From contig JAHLTZ010000018.1 in the NCBI GenBank assembly GCA_025786725.1, positions 186,001 through 250,000 on the forward strand: 64,000 nt of DNA, in the 5' to 3' direction. Every line of letters begins with the position of its first letter. The stretch's first letter is position 1. The position numbers were made by a program, and so were the translations under genes. The notes beneath the pieces were generated by a model. It was not told where the DNA came from. It ran no database searches and worked only from the letters and a program-made list of their open reading frames with translations. Below, one piece after another: positions 51,016-64,000 of the stretch. This stretch comes from Syncephalis fuscata S228 (Eukaryota > Fungi > Zoopagomycota).

Positions 51016-51865
51016 AAAAAATAGTTTATTGGGTCAAAATAAGAAAGTAAAATTTAAAAATTTGCCTCAATTATAATAAATAGTAACATTTGTGCATTTT
51101 TAATACAAAGTGTTAATATTAACGTATTTTTAACATCAAATGTCAAAGCTTTACACCTTGATAATATTAAGTAACAATAAATTGTATTATGTTAACTACG
51201 ATCATAGCTATTATAAATATTATATGACGATGGTCATAGCAAATTAAAAGGAAAAAGTAGGAGTAACTAGAGCAACCATATTGAATAAGTTGTCTTGGAT
51301 GTAATTATCTAGGATTATAGGCATATTTAATTGAAATTATAGTGAAAATAGCCGATTATTTGCAATAAATCAGTGTTTTGACGCCAATTAAGCCGGAATA
51401 AGCGGATTTCGAGATTCAATTCTAACATAATACGATAGCGCGCATCGAATAGAGGTAAAAACAGTTGTAGAAATAAAAATTATAAATAAGAATTATATCA
51501 GTGATTGTACTAAATTATAGATAGATTTCAAGAAAAAACAAAAAGGGCAAAAAGAAATGAATTAATTGAAAAAATAAAGATTTATTTAATATAATATATA
51601 ATTAGTATGATTTTTACGATGAATTAAGAATTAATGCTTAGCATTTATAAAATGGATAGATAATAAGTGTGGTGAATGTCTATTCGTTGCGGAAATAATT
51701 GTATAATTTTAGTATTATGCAATTATTTTCCCACGGCACTTAATCTCCCCAAAGTTTATAAATGACAGTTTAATTTTAATAAAATATTATTTTTATTTTA
51801 TTATACATTGTTTTACGGTTGCTAAATCATGTCCTGTATAACTGGAGATAGCAAAATAATTGTCA

Positions 51866-52278
51866 AATTCGAGTCCTCCATGCTTAGTTGTAATGACAGG
51901 TATAAGATTTAAAGAAGAATTTTTGCAAAAAAAGCTGGCTAAAGACGCAATTTACGTATTTTTAATTTAGTTTTAAAAGCACGAATATTACTGGGTATAA
52001 CTTTACGTATAATCAAGCAAATTGCATGATATTTTGCATGAATATGCGTATGATATATATACGACTATTGGTGAAGTACATTGTAGCCGCGTTGTGTGAT
52101 GGCGTAGTTATAGTGATAATACACCAATAAATATGCAAAAATAGCAGATTTTTAGCAACCATGGCCTATATAGCCGAAAGATAGCGAAATAATTGGCGGA
52201 TTCGAGTTCCCCATGCTTAGTTATAAGGAATGGTATAGAATTTAGAACAAATTTTTTTGCAAAAAAAGTTGGCCAAAA
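51866..52278. repeat. ~75-bp direct repeat pair (51866-51943 and 52200-52278)
   Basis: ATTCGAGT.C.CCATGCTTAGTT.TAA...GGTATA...TTTTTGCAAAAAAAG.TGGC occurs twice; a related GGATTTCGAG motif lies at ~51404. Confidence 0.75.
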
Positions 52279-53872
52279 AATGTGTAAATTGATTACGAGT
52301 AAAATTTAGTATATATATATTATATTATATTGTTTTATAATGCTAAACAAAGCATAATATCAAGCTGAGATGTAGAAATATTGATGTACAGTGGCGATTT
52401 ATGTCATATACAAAAAGGTGTCCCGTGATGCAACAGTGACAATATACCGTTATTGTACGCATGCCGGCCTTTCAATATTAGCGATAATTGTGCCGGCTAT
52501 GGTCTATACTATACAAGAGAGCGAGTAGAATACATTTGAATGCAGATAGAGTGTATTGCGGCGATAGTCTGTGTGCTAGAGGGGGGTAGTTGTGTATAAA
52601 AAGTGCATGTATAAACATAGTGCGTAAAAGGAGTAAAAGGATAAAAGTTTAGCACGTTAATTATCGGTTGTTTATTTTGTTATATATATTGTAATTAATA
52701 GATAGAATTGGGCTATATCGCTATAGATGGCCATACAGCCATAATAATGCAGGTAAATAGACTGTATTATGTGGTAGCGATAGTAGTGTGGGAAGATGCG
52801 TAAAGTATTATACTAACTGATTGCACAGCGACAACATTGGATAAGTAGCGTATTTGCATGCTTCTAGCCATCGTAGATGAGCAACTGTTCAGCTAAGTGT
52901 CTGGATATAGTTACGTGACATACACATTAAGGCAACTGTGAGTTGAATGGCAGTATTTTGATGGGAAAAATGTGAAACGGCCTAGTTTGCGTAAAAGTAG
53001 GCGAAGTTCGTAAATATTGCAACAAGTGGTGGAGAATAGACGGGAAGGCCCCCGGACTGGCGCAGTGCAATGCGGCGGAATCGGTCGGGAAATTAGCAGG
53101 CCATCCTGTAAAGGTACAATGATGCGGCGGTCAAAGCGGTATAAGGCTGTAGGAGCCCGGAATAGTATGACCGGTATCGATGGATAGCGCTTGCAAAGAA
53201 CGTTACAGATGACCGGGCCGTTTGGCATTTGGTTGCGTATCCGTCGGGTAACTGGCTGTTGCGTGGAATCGTGTAGAATTGCCCCCGTATCCATTGATGC
53301 AAATTATTAGCATAAATTTGGACAAGACTGTCACATTTTTGATTAGCCGTCCTAATCCAATTTCAACCTGTGCTGTGATTTAAACCTTACAAACGACCCT
53401 TCCTACTCAAAAAACACCCCTTTGATAAGTATGTAGAAAGGAAATAACAAAACAGATTGGTGATGACTTGACTTTTATCAATAAACATTATGTTTAATTG
53501 ATGATATTTATTGTCTGATTCAGTTCGGACGACGATAATTGTCTGTATAATATTTATGTTTAATATTACAACTGTGTATATGCTACTATTGTATTAGTTA
53601 TAATCAAAATTAAGAAGTAAGGGACGTATTTTGAAAGTAATTTTTTTATTGTTGCAAGTTAGACTAAAATCTGTTTGGCCACATTGCTTTAAAGAAATAC
53701 AATATTTCTATATTCAAAATATTGTATAAAACGTCTTCAATATGCACAAATGGCTGCTTATCTTTCAACAAAATATTAATTTCAAGGTTAGTAGTATTTT
53801 ATTATTATTTAAGTGTTATCAAAATAAAAACAGTTTAAAGTTCTGCAGTAATTAAAAAGCTATGTATGAAAT

Positions 53873-54053
53873 AAAGCTAAAAGAGATTGGAAGTAAAAAA
53901 GGTTATTTATTAAATGTTTGGCTGGCAGTATTAGTATTTATAATACTGTCGGCAATTAAATGGCGCGTAAATGTAAAGGACCCTGACGAGAAAACCTTAA
54001 TTAAGGTACAGCGAAGCTTAATTTAAACTTCGTTGAATCGTAACATTTTGGTC
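53873..54053. repeat. dispersed hairpin-rich repeat family C, copy 1 (copy 2 at ~59586-59760)
   Basis: Shared TTTATTAAATGTTTGG...TAATACTGT.GGCAATTAAA.TGGCGCGTAA.TGTAAAGGACCCTGACGA...ACCTTAAT. Confidence 0.85.
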
Positions 54054-54207
54054 AATAAAAATATATAATAAAAAGAATGTTAGCACTTGTAGTTATTTAA
54101 GTTTAAGTGATGATAAACAGTTAATAGATTGTTTAACATTAATAAATTAACAACTATTATTTATTTTACATAATGCTATTCTTAATCTGCTTTAAATGTC
54201 GCTACAA

Positions 54208-57200
54208 TTACCAATACATATTTCCGTCGTGGCTTGGTTCAGGGAATCGAAGATCCATTATATCAGAATTTTCATTGCCATCTGCTTTAATTGTAGGCGG
54301 CCGAGCAAGTTTAACATCTGCCGTTGTCATTATAGCTGCTTTTAAATACGATTCGCTACGCGGCATACTCATTGGTGCCGTGGCGGCATTAGCGCGAGAG
54401 GACCGTGTTACAAATTCAGACTTGTTATCACTATCATTGTGACTGGTAGCAGCGTTATAAGATGCTTCTGGCTGGGCATCGCTCATGATAATGGTATCCA
54501 AACGAGCGTACAGCCGATTAAGAATACCCGCGTGTAAGAAATTGGCAATACCTTTGCCATGTCGATAGCCACCACGTTCATTGCCCGCGATAAATTTCTC
54601 CAATTCAGCGCGTGGCATTGGCTGATAGCAAATAGATTTGGGACTATAAGGCGAAAAGTCTACCACTCGTTTACGGAATTGTTGGATAACTAGATAGTTA
54701 CGGCGATACAAATCATCCCAAAATACATACCACCACATGTGCACATTGGATTGATAGACATTACGAAGACGTGCATACAAACATTGTACCATGTCTGTGT
54801 GGTCTATCGGTATCGTGCCTACTAATGGATGACCTTCCTTGGCCAATAGTTCCTTCAAACGGTCTTGATTAAGCTCACTGTTGCAGTAGACATCAGTGAA
54901 AAAAGCATAGCTCAAGGTGCCGTCTTTTGACTTTGCCATGTTAAGATAGTAGTCGCGATATGCTTGTAGATTACGTTTGACTTCCGGTAAACTAATAAGA
55001 ATAGCTGTATGGTTGGCTTCAAAGAATTCACGTAGCTGATTAGTAAGGCTAAAGTCATGCTTAATATTTAGATCAGCATGGCCTAAAATACGCTTATCAG
55101 TTCCTAATCCTACGATTGATGCTGCAGTTGTATGTCGATTAAGCATATCGAAATCTTTAGTTTTCTTATGCTCATGCTCATTCGAGGATTGAATCGTAAT
55201 TGTCACTTTAAAGCCAGGACCAACATCATGTGGGCCCCAAAGTGCCGTACTCATGCGAGCAATCGTTAATTTACCATGCAAATTCTTCTTGGTCTGAATT
55301 TAACAAATTAGCAACGATAATAATTAATATACTAATTACTTACCATTAGATTTAAAAAGGAGCTAGGCACAGAAACTATACTGCCATCGAGTGCACGTAA
55401 CTGAATACGGTTTTCTCGCGCCTCGGCAATTTCAGGCTTCTGGTTAACTGTTACGTATTCCTCTAGTTCTTCTTCCGTCGTTAATTGAACAGTAATATCG
55501 GGATCTTCGTCGTAAGTAATAACGACACAAAATGGAAATGGTAGAATTAGAGCTTTACCAAAAAATGATTGCAATTTAGAGGTAAAGTTTGGTCGATAGT
55601 ACATATCGGTACCGGAAAATTCTTTGGTAATCAAATTTCGCAGTTCAAACACGCGTTTGTTTGGTTGTTCTAATTCCTGTTGAAAATGTCGCAATCCAAT
55701 ATGCCGGGCAATTTTCAAGTTTTCTAAATGTCGTTCAGCCACTGTTCCTTGGAAATCGAGCAAATAAGGCGATATGTTGCGTGATTCGTAGTAAGCTAAT
55801 GGCTTCCCAAGTGGCAGTCGAAACTGTTTCATAACCAAAAACAAGGCTGACCACGACTCTTGCCATACGCGATTTAATATTTGTTTATCGGTGTTAAGAT
55901 CTGGCGCCAACAAAAGCGGATCCAGTTCTACCTCATGTGTCACTTTTCGCACAAAGCGTTTGAAGATGTCCAAATTCTAATTATAAAATTAGCAATAATG
56001 CACACTTTCCATTTCACTCCATGCTTACTTGAAGAACAAAATATACTACTATGACTGTGGCAACCACTGCTACAATAACCAGTAGGACGTTGGATACCTT
56101 TTGATTGCCAATATTGAGTACTACAAAAACACCAATAACACCAGTTATTGTCTGAGCTATACGTGATGTCGTTTCTGAATAATTCTGCGATGGCAATAAA
56201 AAGGCCTGAGTGCGTAAATGAGCAGCAAGTAATAGAAGATTTAGTACGATAAGTAGAATTTGGCGTGATAGCTCAACATGAACTCGTGGCTTGGTGTGGA
56301 ATAAACAATTATCTTTTGATACGATAACAGCTATCATAACAGCTAGTAATTTCGCGCCCATAATAAACACTTTATACCACGACCAGCTTTCATCGTAGCC
56401 TTTTTGTTAAATTAGTTTAGTTGTTACATTAATTAATAGCATACTTACCGCTATATAAAAAGTTGTAAGGAGACATGTCCTGCTCCAACTTTCGCTGATA
56501 TTCTTCACGATAATTCTGTATCAACTGCCCGTCGTCGTCGTAACGATCAATCTTGGGCTGGTTCCATCGAATAAGCCTGAATAGCGCATATGGAAAATAG
56601 GCACCAAGCACGACAAATATAATGGCCGCCAATGGAACAATTAAATATGCCCAATTAAATTCGCCTTCTTTCATGCTGGTATTGTAGCAAAACTTTTCCG
56701 GTGAACGATAGCCTTCATCGTGTGGCATAGCTGCAAAGTCTGGATTATCTGTATTTTTATAAGGATTTTTAATAGGCCAGAAATCATCAGACCAGGTAAG
56801 CGCGCCCAAGGCCATGGACAACAATGGCAGATAAAGTGTTGTAACGATAAACAGTATAATCATATTGCGACGACGTATTTTTGCTCGTCGTTTGGCCCAT
56901 GTGTTAACTTCAAGTCCCTAAAAAGCAAATAAATATAACGCTATTTCATCAATTACTTGCATTATTTACCTGTCGGTTTGCATTGGGATCTTTTTGACGA
57001 AGCACGTTAAATATAGCTAAAGCAATAACACTAATGACTGAAAATATGATTAGAAATATGGCACCTTTACGAAATATATTCGAAAAGCGTAAACTGATAA
57101 AATTCATAAAATTACGGAAAGCTACCGCAAATTGATCGCCCAAATCCGGTACAAGAATAGTAAGATACAATCCAATAAATTGTATAAAGTCGCGTACAAT

Positions 57201-58396
57201 TTCCAAACGAAGAAATGTGGCTGTCACTTGCACTAGCCGCTGGCTGTTCTCGGCAATGGTGCCCATAATGGCACTTTGGAATGGATTAGTGCCTTGTGCG
57301 CCCTTGCGTTTTAATTCTTCAACTGTTACACCTTTTGGTATGTAAGAAAAGGGCGGAAAGAGTTCTTTGTTAATATCATTTTCTAAATCTTCCTCTTCTT
57401 CTCTTCCATTATTATCATTATTACTATCTTGTCCATTGTTTGGTTTTGGAGGTGGTGGCGGTGCTGGTGGTAATTCGTCCAGTATAGGAAATTCTGGTAC
57501 ACGGCCTTTCATTTGGGCCAAATAAGCATCCAGATGAGGTAGTGGTAGTGGTTGTGCTTTACGTTTAAAGAAGTGTGCAAATGTTTCAAAATCTTGTTGT
57601 GGTGGTGGTGATGATGCCACGTGTGTAGGTGATACGGCAACATTCGGCAAATGGCCCATGGTAGGGACAGGTGAGCTGAGGCCCGTTGAGCTATTGTGTT
57701 GTTCCACAGCTGTATTATGACTCGGTGATGTGGACGGCATGGCTTCAATGGGAGGTAAAGATGGATAGTATGAATGGTTAGGCGAATGTGGCATGGAAAG
57801 CTAGTAATTTGTTGATGACATTAAATAAATAAGCATTGCTGAATATAGCTAGTTAGTTGACAATAACTTACCGAAGTTTCTGATGCTGCAGTGCTATGAC
57901 TGTAATAGTTGTCATGAGTGGGCGACATTCCCACCGTGGATACTGCTACAGGGATACTTGGCATCGACCAGTTTGTGTTATGATAATGATCAATGGTAGA
58001 CGAAGGAATACCAGCAGACGGCGTACCAGGAGTCAGAAACGCTGATGAAGGCATTTGTAATGGGCCATAAGTTGGTAGATTGGCCGTGTTAATCTGTGGA
58101 TGCGATGGAGATGTAGCTGATATTGTAGGCGAATTCACAACACTATTATTACTACCGCCATAATTGCTTTGCGGCCCAAATCCCATTGGATATTGATAAG
58201 AGTGTTGTTGTTGTTGTTGTTGGCCGATTGATGAAGGTGGTGACACTCCATGATAAGGATGTGATGGATATACTTGCGGTGATGCAGGCAATGAAGTATG
58301 ATTGCTGCTTACCGTAGACATGGCCGGTTGACTGGTTGGCGTCCAAGCAGGCTCTTCTTCATGCTGGCCATAATGCGGTACACGTCTGTCGGTCAT
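54208..58396 (-). CDS. large multi-pass membrane protein of unknown function with a Pro/Ser-rich N-terminus
   Basis: Six consecutive minus-strand exons joined by GT-AG introns; ~8-9 TM segments; soluble C-terminal region with FQGTVAERHLENLKI, FFGKALILPFPF and WWYVFWDDLYRRN. Confidence 0.8.
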
Positions 58397-58930
58397 GATT
58401 ACTCGAGCAAACGAAGGCTCGTTATTGCTATTGCTATTATTACTACTATTGCTGCTGCTACTATTATCGTTTGCGGTTTAAAGAATATTATAAATATACT
58501 AAAAAGTAGTATAACTGACACAAACAATACGTAATAAAGACCAAGAAAGCAATAGAAGGTAGGTCAGCAACAAAGTACGCGCACACGAGAGTAAAAGAAC
58601 GTTGGGCTGAAGCCAAAGGCGGCCATTTTTAAAGCATGTGCCTCTGTTTGAGTAACCGCAAAATATATCCATGGCCCAATCGATGCCACGGCATTTCTAA
58701 AAATACTCAGATCGACTGTTTTAGAAATAACGGATTAAGAATTAAGAAAAGCTGTTTCAAGCCTAGTTTTACACGGCCAAGCGGTTACTTTGCAACCATG
58801 TAAAAAATGTCGTGTTTTATTAGAACGTAAATGTTTTTTAGATTTTAGATTATTTAATTGGTTTAGATTGTTATTGTTTATAGTAATATATGGTTTATTA
58901 GCAGTGTGATATATTATATAGATATTTACT

Positions 58931-59010
58931 CTGTTTTAAGTTTGGGAAATGCAAGCGCTGTTATCGAGTCATTGTGCATAATATTATTGCCAAGAAAATA
59001 TAGAAAATAG
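58931..59010. repeat. short dispersed repeat D (second copy ~60293-60375)
   Basis: TTTGG..AATGCAAGCG.TG.TAT.GAGTCAT..TGCATA..ATTA.TGCCA is present twice. Confidence 0.65.
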
Positions 59011-59585
59011 AAATTCTTTATATCCATTTAATATTTATTATCAAAAACGTTAGTTATTTAATATTAGTAACATTGTTTTCATTAAATTAATATTAAACTT
59101 TTGACTAAACTACTTTTTACATTTTTTCTCCTTAATTGGTTGCTTGGTTAGTGCTACGATAACACTCTACTGGTGTTATAACAATTTAGTATAAAGTATA
59201 CTAGAGTCTAACACAATATAAAAGTAAACTGATGACATACAAAGTAAATAAATAATATATTAAATTAATTAAAACGTACGTATAAAATTTAAATTATTAC
59301 AAAAAAGCAACTACCAGTGTTGAATATCTATTCTAAACACCTTCTATTTGCATTTGTCACGTTATTCTATTTAGTTCAAAGTCTTTTACTACAAGTACTA
59401 CTTTTTTTCTAATCGTATCTCTATCATGCTGATACAAAACAACAACATGCTGCCGAAGATATGGCTAACTATTGATATAGCATTACAAAACCAGATATGT
59501 GGCTTTGTAATGTTTGTTTTATTGCCAATGCATGGCTTTATTCAATAGTTTAATACAGAAGTATTAATTGTATTAATCTGAAAGT

Positions 59586-60040
59586 AAGCTAAAAAGAATT
59601 AAAAGTAGAAAGGTTGTTTATTAAATGTTTGGTCGACAGCATTAGGTATTTATAATACTGTTGGCAATTAAAATGGCGCGTAATGTAAAGGACCCTGACG
59701 AAAAACCTTAATCAAAATACAACGAAGTTTAATTTAAATTTTGTTGAATTGTGACATTTTAAGCAACAACAATATAAAATTACTCATTTTATTATTAATA
59801 AAAATGATTTTGCATCTAATTGCTACATTTACATTATTTGACTAAACTGTACTTTGATTCCACATTTTCTAATATTCTACTATTATATTTTGGACGGATT
59901 TGTGATGTAAGATTAAGATTAATATAATTATTATAAATGTCGTTTATTAAACAGCCACCTTTCCTATAGCCGATTTGACTAAATAAATAACATTTTGAAC
60001 AATCAGTATCATAAATGACAATGTATATATATATATTAAA
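59586..60040. repeat. composite of repeat family C copy 2 (59586-59760) and family B copy 2 (59864-60040)
   Basis: Direct matches to 53873-54050 and 50715-50890. Confidence 0.8.
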
Positions 60041-60681
60041 GCAATAATAAAGATAACTAATTAATTACATTATTGTATTGATAATATACATGAATTAATT
60101 AATGTTGGATGCAATATTATAAATGTTATAGTGATTAATAAGTGTTTAATTGTATTTAAAAGTGGAGTGAAACGATTAAATAAAAAATGTAAAAATGCAA
60201 CAACTCCTTATTATCCAATAGTGTAAAATACTACTATTTGTAGTTATAAATAATTTATTAATAACCATGCTATATAGATATAGGCATTCACGCTGCTTTG
60301 AATTTGGTGAATGCAAGCGTTGATATTGAGTCATCATGCATACAATTACTGCCAGCAAGTATGCAAAGTAAAATAATCGTCATTCACTTTAACATTAATC
60401 GCTAAAACAGCCGTAAATACAAGTCAATAAACACTACAATGAATCACAATATTACATCCAACATCATCACACACACACACAAACGTGTTCTATCTTATTC
60501 TGCCATCATTGTTTTTCCTCATTCTCGTTTTCATCTACTGCAACTAGCCGCAACTTTACCTGATTCCTTCTCTTTTTATCGATCGAATTCATTGTTATTT
60601 CATTATTCATTGCCATTGTTACACTTTTATTGCGAGATCATAGTTTGTGTTATCGTCATTTACTTATACAGCGTCGCCACC

Positions 60682-61481
60682 ATGATTAAGATCTGGTCAA
60701 TGAAGAAAGAGGCCGCCGAGACGGATAAGAAGAAGCCAAAGCAGTCGGCGGCTCAGATTCGCGTACAAAAAGGTAATATTCATCTTGCCGTCTTTTCAGA
60801 CTACAAATACTTACAACAAGCTAATACTTTGTGATGATGACTATGACAGATATGAGCGAGCTCGATGATCTGCCTAAAACAATTAAAATGTCTTTTCCAG
60901 ATGCTGAGGATATGCTCAATTTTGATTTGACTATTACGCCTGATGAAGGTATAGTTAATGTGCTATACTGTATTAATAAATACTAACTACTATATAAATG
61001 ATAGGTATTTATCATGGTGGCCAGTTCAAGTTCACCTTTAAAATTGATGCCAACTACCCGCATAAAGCACCAAAAGTGCTATGTACCCAAAAGGTAGTTA
61101 AATGTGATTATACAACTATTAGAGTGGAGCTAATAGAATAGTATTTAGATCTATCATCCAAATATTGATTTGGAGGGCAATGTTTGTCTTAATATTCTTC
61201 GAGAAGACTGGAAGCCAGTATTGAATTTACATTCGGTCATTATTGGCTTGCAATTCTTGTTCTTGGAACCAAATGCCGATGATCCATTGAATAAAAGTAA
61301 GTTGTTATTATTATGGCGATGTAGAAAACACATATATAGTTGTATAGCCACTAATACTATTGGTATAGATGCAGCCGAAGATTTACGCTCAAATCGTGAC
61401 CGGTTCAAGCGCCATGTAGCTGACAGTATGCGCGGTGGATACGTAGACTCGGAACATTTTGACAACGTACTCGTATCTTGA
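60682..61481 (+). CDS. UBC12: NEDD8/Rub1-conjugating E2 enzyme
   Basis: [10 protein letters not shown]-terminal extension, [54 protein letters not shown]. Confidence 0.96.
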
Positions 61482-61624
61482 TTTTTATACGTTATTAAAT
61501 TTGTATTGGCATGTTTATATGATGTGTTGTAAAAGTGTAGTAATTATTTATGACGTGTAATTCACTTTTTACTATTTTCTATCATTGATTTCTCTTTAAC
61601 ACTTGTCTTTCTCTCCTTACTTTC

Positions 61625-63647
61625 ATGGCATCGTCTAACTTTAATCAATTTCCGCCACAGCCTTTTGCACTTGACGAGGATCGTTCAAGTTTAAACAAAC
61701 TGTTGGCAAGATTATCTTTATCAACCGATATAGATGGAGAAAACAGCTTGTCATCCTTTGGTACAACTACTTTACCATCTGTACAAGAACTACGCCAATT
61801 ACACGATGAGCTGAATACAATTGCTAACGTAGCCGAGGAACGCCTCGATCGTTTACGCAATGACACTGAACGCTTTAAAAAACTGAATGAAGAGCGTTCC
61901 CTGCCAAAGACACCTACAAAACAGCATGCGACTGTCAAAGTAGATACTATTGTAACTGGACGTAGTAATAGTGGCATTAACAATGATAATAAGGACGAAC
62001 ATAAAGGCGATATCGGTGCAAGCAATAATAATGATGCTATCAATGCTGGTTCAACCAGCGGTATGTTATTGAATAGTTGGTAGATTATCAAAACTAACTA
62101 TTGACTACTAATAGCACGTCGTCAATCAATTAAACCAACCAATTCTGAACAGAATATTGAACCACGGTAATATTTAAGAATATAGATTTAGAAATAATAG
62201 CTAACTCTTGATTAATTTAGACGTCGAAGAACAGATAGAGAAACGAGTGGTAAGTCATATGAAATAGCACACTATAAATACTAATGCAGATATCAATCTA
62301 TTATCTAATGTAGATGTAGTTGTAAAGGAAGAGAAACCAGAAATAGTACTTAATTTACGTGGTACTGAAAAGGTAATTACAAAAGGGTCTATATATTAAT
62401 TAGTATTAATAGTCGATATTTACATTAGAGGACCAGTAAAAAGGGCCGATCAAATCAGATTAAGAAAGGTAGTGGCAGTACAAGTAAAGCTCATTCGGAA
62501 GATCGTAAAGAAGGAAATCAGAAGCATGCATCTCCATCTGCAGTTAATGCTCGTCGTAATCGTGAACAACAACAACAGCAGCAACAGCAACAGCAACAAG
62601 AAGAAGAATATACACGACCAAAGATATCTAATCAAGTCCCTATTCATGTATTTTGGAATTCACTCGAGGCATATTTCCGTCCACTGATCGATGCTGATTT
62701 ACGGTTTTTAGAGGAAAAGGTAAATAGTAGCAGTAATATTGAATAATACAAGAATCAACAGTATATAACTAGGATGATGATGTGGGTCCATATCTTATAC
62801 CATTACTTGGTCGACACTACTTGCAAGTATGGGCTGAAGAAGATCGTGCACTTATTCCAGATCTAGAACGTGATAAGAATGATTCAAAGCCGGATCGATC
62901 TCTACCGGCTGGCGGCCAGCCTGAACAAATGTTATCAGACGATTTATTAGAGATTGATGCATTATCATGTGGTCCATTGACTGAACGTATTATAGGCGCT
63001 TTATTACGCAATGACGTTGGTATACCGGCCGATTTTGGTAGAGATGTCGATATTATGCGTCCATCGAAACTACAAACAGATTTGATTAGTGTAGAAGAAC
63101 GACTGAAGCGTGAATTGATGCATCTTGGTCTATTGGATACAGAAGGGGTAAGTTATTATATAGACTATAATAATGAATGGCCATTAACAATACGACCATT
63201 TAATTAGATTGATTGGCAAGCAGCTGAAGATGACGAGATATGCGGTGAATTACGGTCACTACAACGTGAATTGCGTGAAGTGGAGGCAACGAATACACAA
63301 CGGAAACGGAAGCTTGTCAATATTGTACAGGATTATATTGGCTGTCAAGAATATCAACAAATTCTTGATGAGTTAGATCGACATGTTGAACAGTCATTTG
63401 CTCGTCGTCATGTAAGTAGTATGATTATTAGAAATAGCTGTATTTTATATTTGGTAGCATTTATTAACGGCAATTGATGAATTAGCGGGTGAAGAAGACG
63501 AAACGCAAGAAGCTAGGCGGTCCCAAGGCTGGTCTATCAGACACGGCAGTTAGTGCACTTGATCGAAGACGTCGATTTGTCGATAGTATTGGTCGCATCT
63601 TCACCTCAGATCGATTTAGTATTCCCGAAAAGAGCATATTTTCCTAA
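61625..63647 (+). CDS. ADA3: SAGA/ADA histone acetyltransferase subunit ADA3 (NGG1)
   Basis: NQVPIHVFW, IPLLGRHY, CGPLTERIIGALL, EERLKRELMHLGLL, EDDEICGELRSLQRELREV, QEYQQILDELD, and last exon ...LDRRRRFVDSIGRIF...IPEKSIFS*. Confidence 0.9.
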
Positions 63648-63991
63648 GTCTTCCATAGCGATATTTCGCCATTATCGGCAAATACGCTTAGAATATTTGC
63701 TTGTGGATGATGTGTCATACCAAGTGGTTCAGCATCGGTTATCTATATATCGATCCATGTTTATTTATTAGTGTTTTTATTTGTGGTTATTAATTAGTCA
63801 TTAAGGTGGCTATATAGTATATCTATATAATGATATTAAACGAACCTTAATGACGCGTAAGCATTCGGCAGTGGCTACGTCAAAGCAGCACAACTGTCCA
63901 TCTTCTCGTAGTACATAAAGAAATGTGCCTTGTGGTGATAGCAAACAATCCATGGCTAGCTGTTGTTCATCAGCGGGAAAACGCCGTGTTA
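63644..63991 (-). CDS. SMU1: 3' exons of the SMU1 WD40 spliceosomal protein (gene continues beyond the window)
   Basis: VTRRFPADEQQLAMDCLLSPQGTFLYVLREDGQLCCFDVATAECLRVIK, an intron, then ITDAEPLGMTHHPQANILSVFADNGEISLWKT*, matching the SMU1 C-terminus LSPRGEWIYCVGED...[25 protein letters not shown]. Confidence 0.8.
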
Positions 63992-64000
63992 CCTATGATA

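Noticed and set aside
53040-53075. GGGAAGGCCCCCGGAC resembling the RNase MRP CR-I/P4 motif
   Set aside because: No downstream complementary CR-V (ACAnnGGGGC-like) segment on the same strand, so P4 cannot form.
52911-53302. 127-aa and 69-aa minus-strand ORFs in the GC-rich island
   Set aside because: No recognisable motifs; explained by locally higher GC reducing stop-codon frequency.
1-64000. CRISPR arrays, tRNA/rRNA genes, intact transposase or reverse-transcriptase ORFs, biosynthetic gene cluster around the P450
   Set aside because: No regularly spaced repeat-spacer array, no cloverleaf or rRNA signature, no TE coding domains, and no backbone synthase was recognised.

Overview
Eukaryotic, AT-rich, intron-rich fungal DNA (short GT-AG introns with CTAA branch points; chitin synthase and GH5 glucanase alongside SMU1, XRCC2 and METTL25-like genes). 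It most resembles an early-diverging, zygomycete-grade fungus, possibly a mycoparasitic zoopagomycete; this is inference. About 25 protein genes are present: a tandem cluster of three related secreted helical proteins (1-5714), XRCC2, an amino-acid transporter, NUS1, RCL1, TOA1, a division-2 chitin synthase, CCT3, PTH1, an exo-beta-1,3-glucanase, a CsbD/LEA-like protein, a P450, SEC9, a METTL25-like methyltransferase, a Cdc25/Ych1-like phosphatase, a large unknown membrane protein, UBC12, ADA3 and the 3' end of SMU1. The most unusual non-genic structure is a ~1.55 kb fold-back (11658-13204) built from a genomic copy of the 3' half of the neighbouring essential gene NUS1, showing strong CpG decay. 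Also present are a decayed cyclophilin pseudogene, a MITE-like element, several dispersed repeat families, and ADA3/SMU1 coding sequences that overlap at their stop codons. About a dozen single-base frameshifts in conserved genes are best read as sequencing errors.
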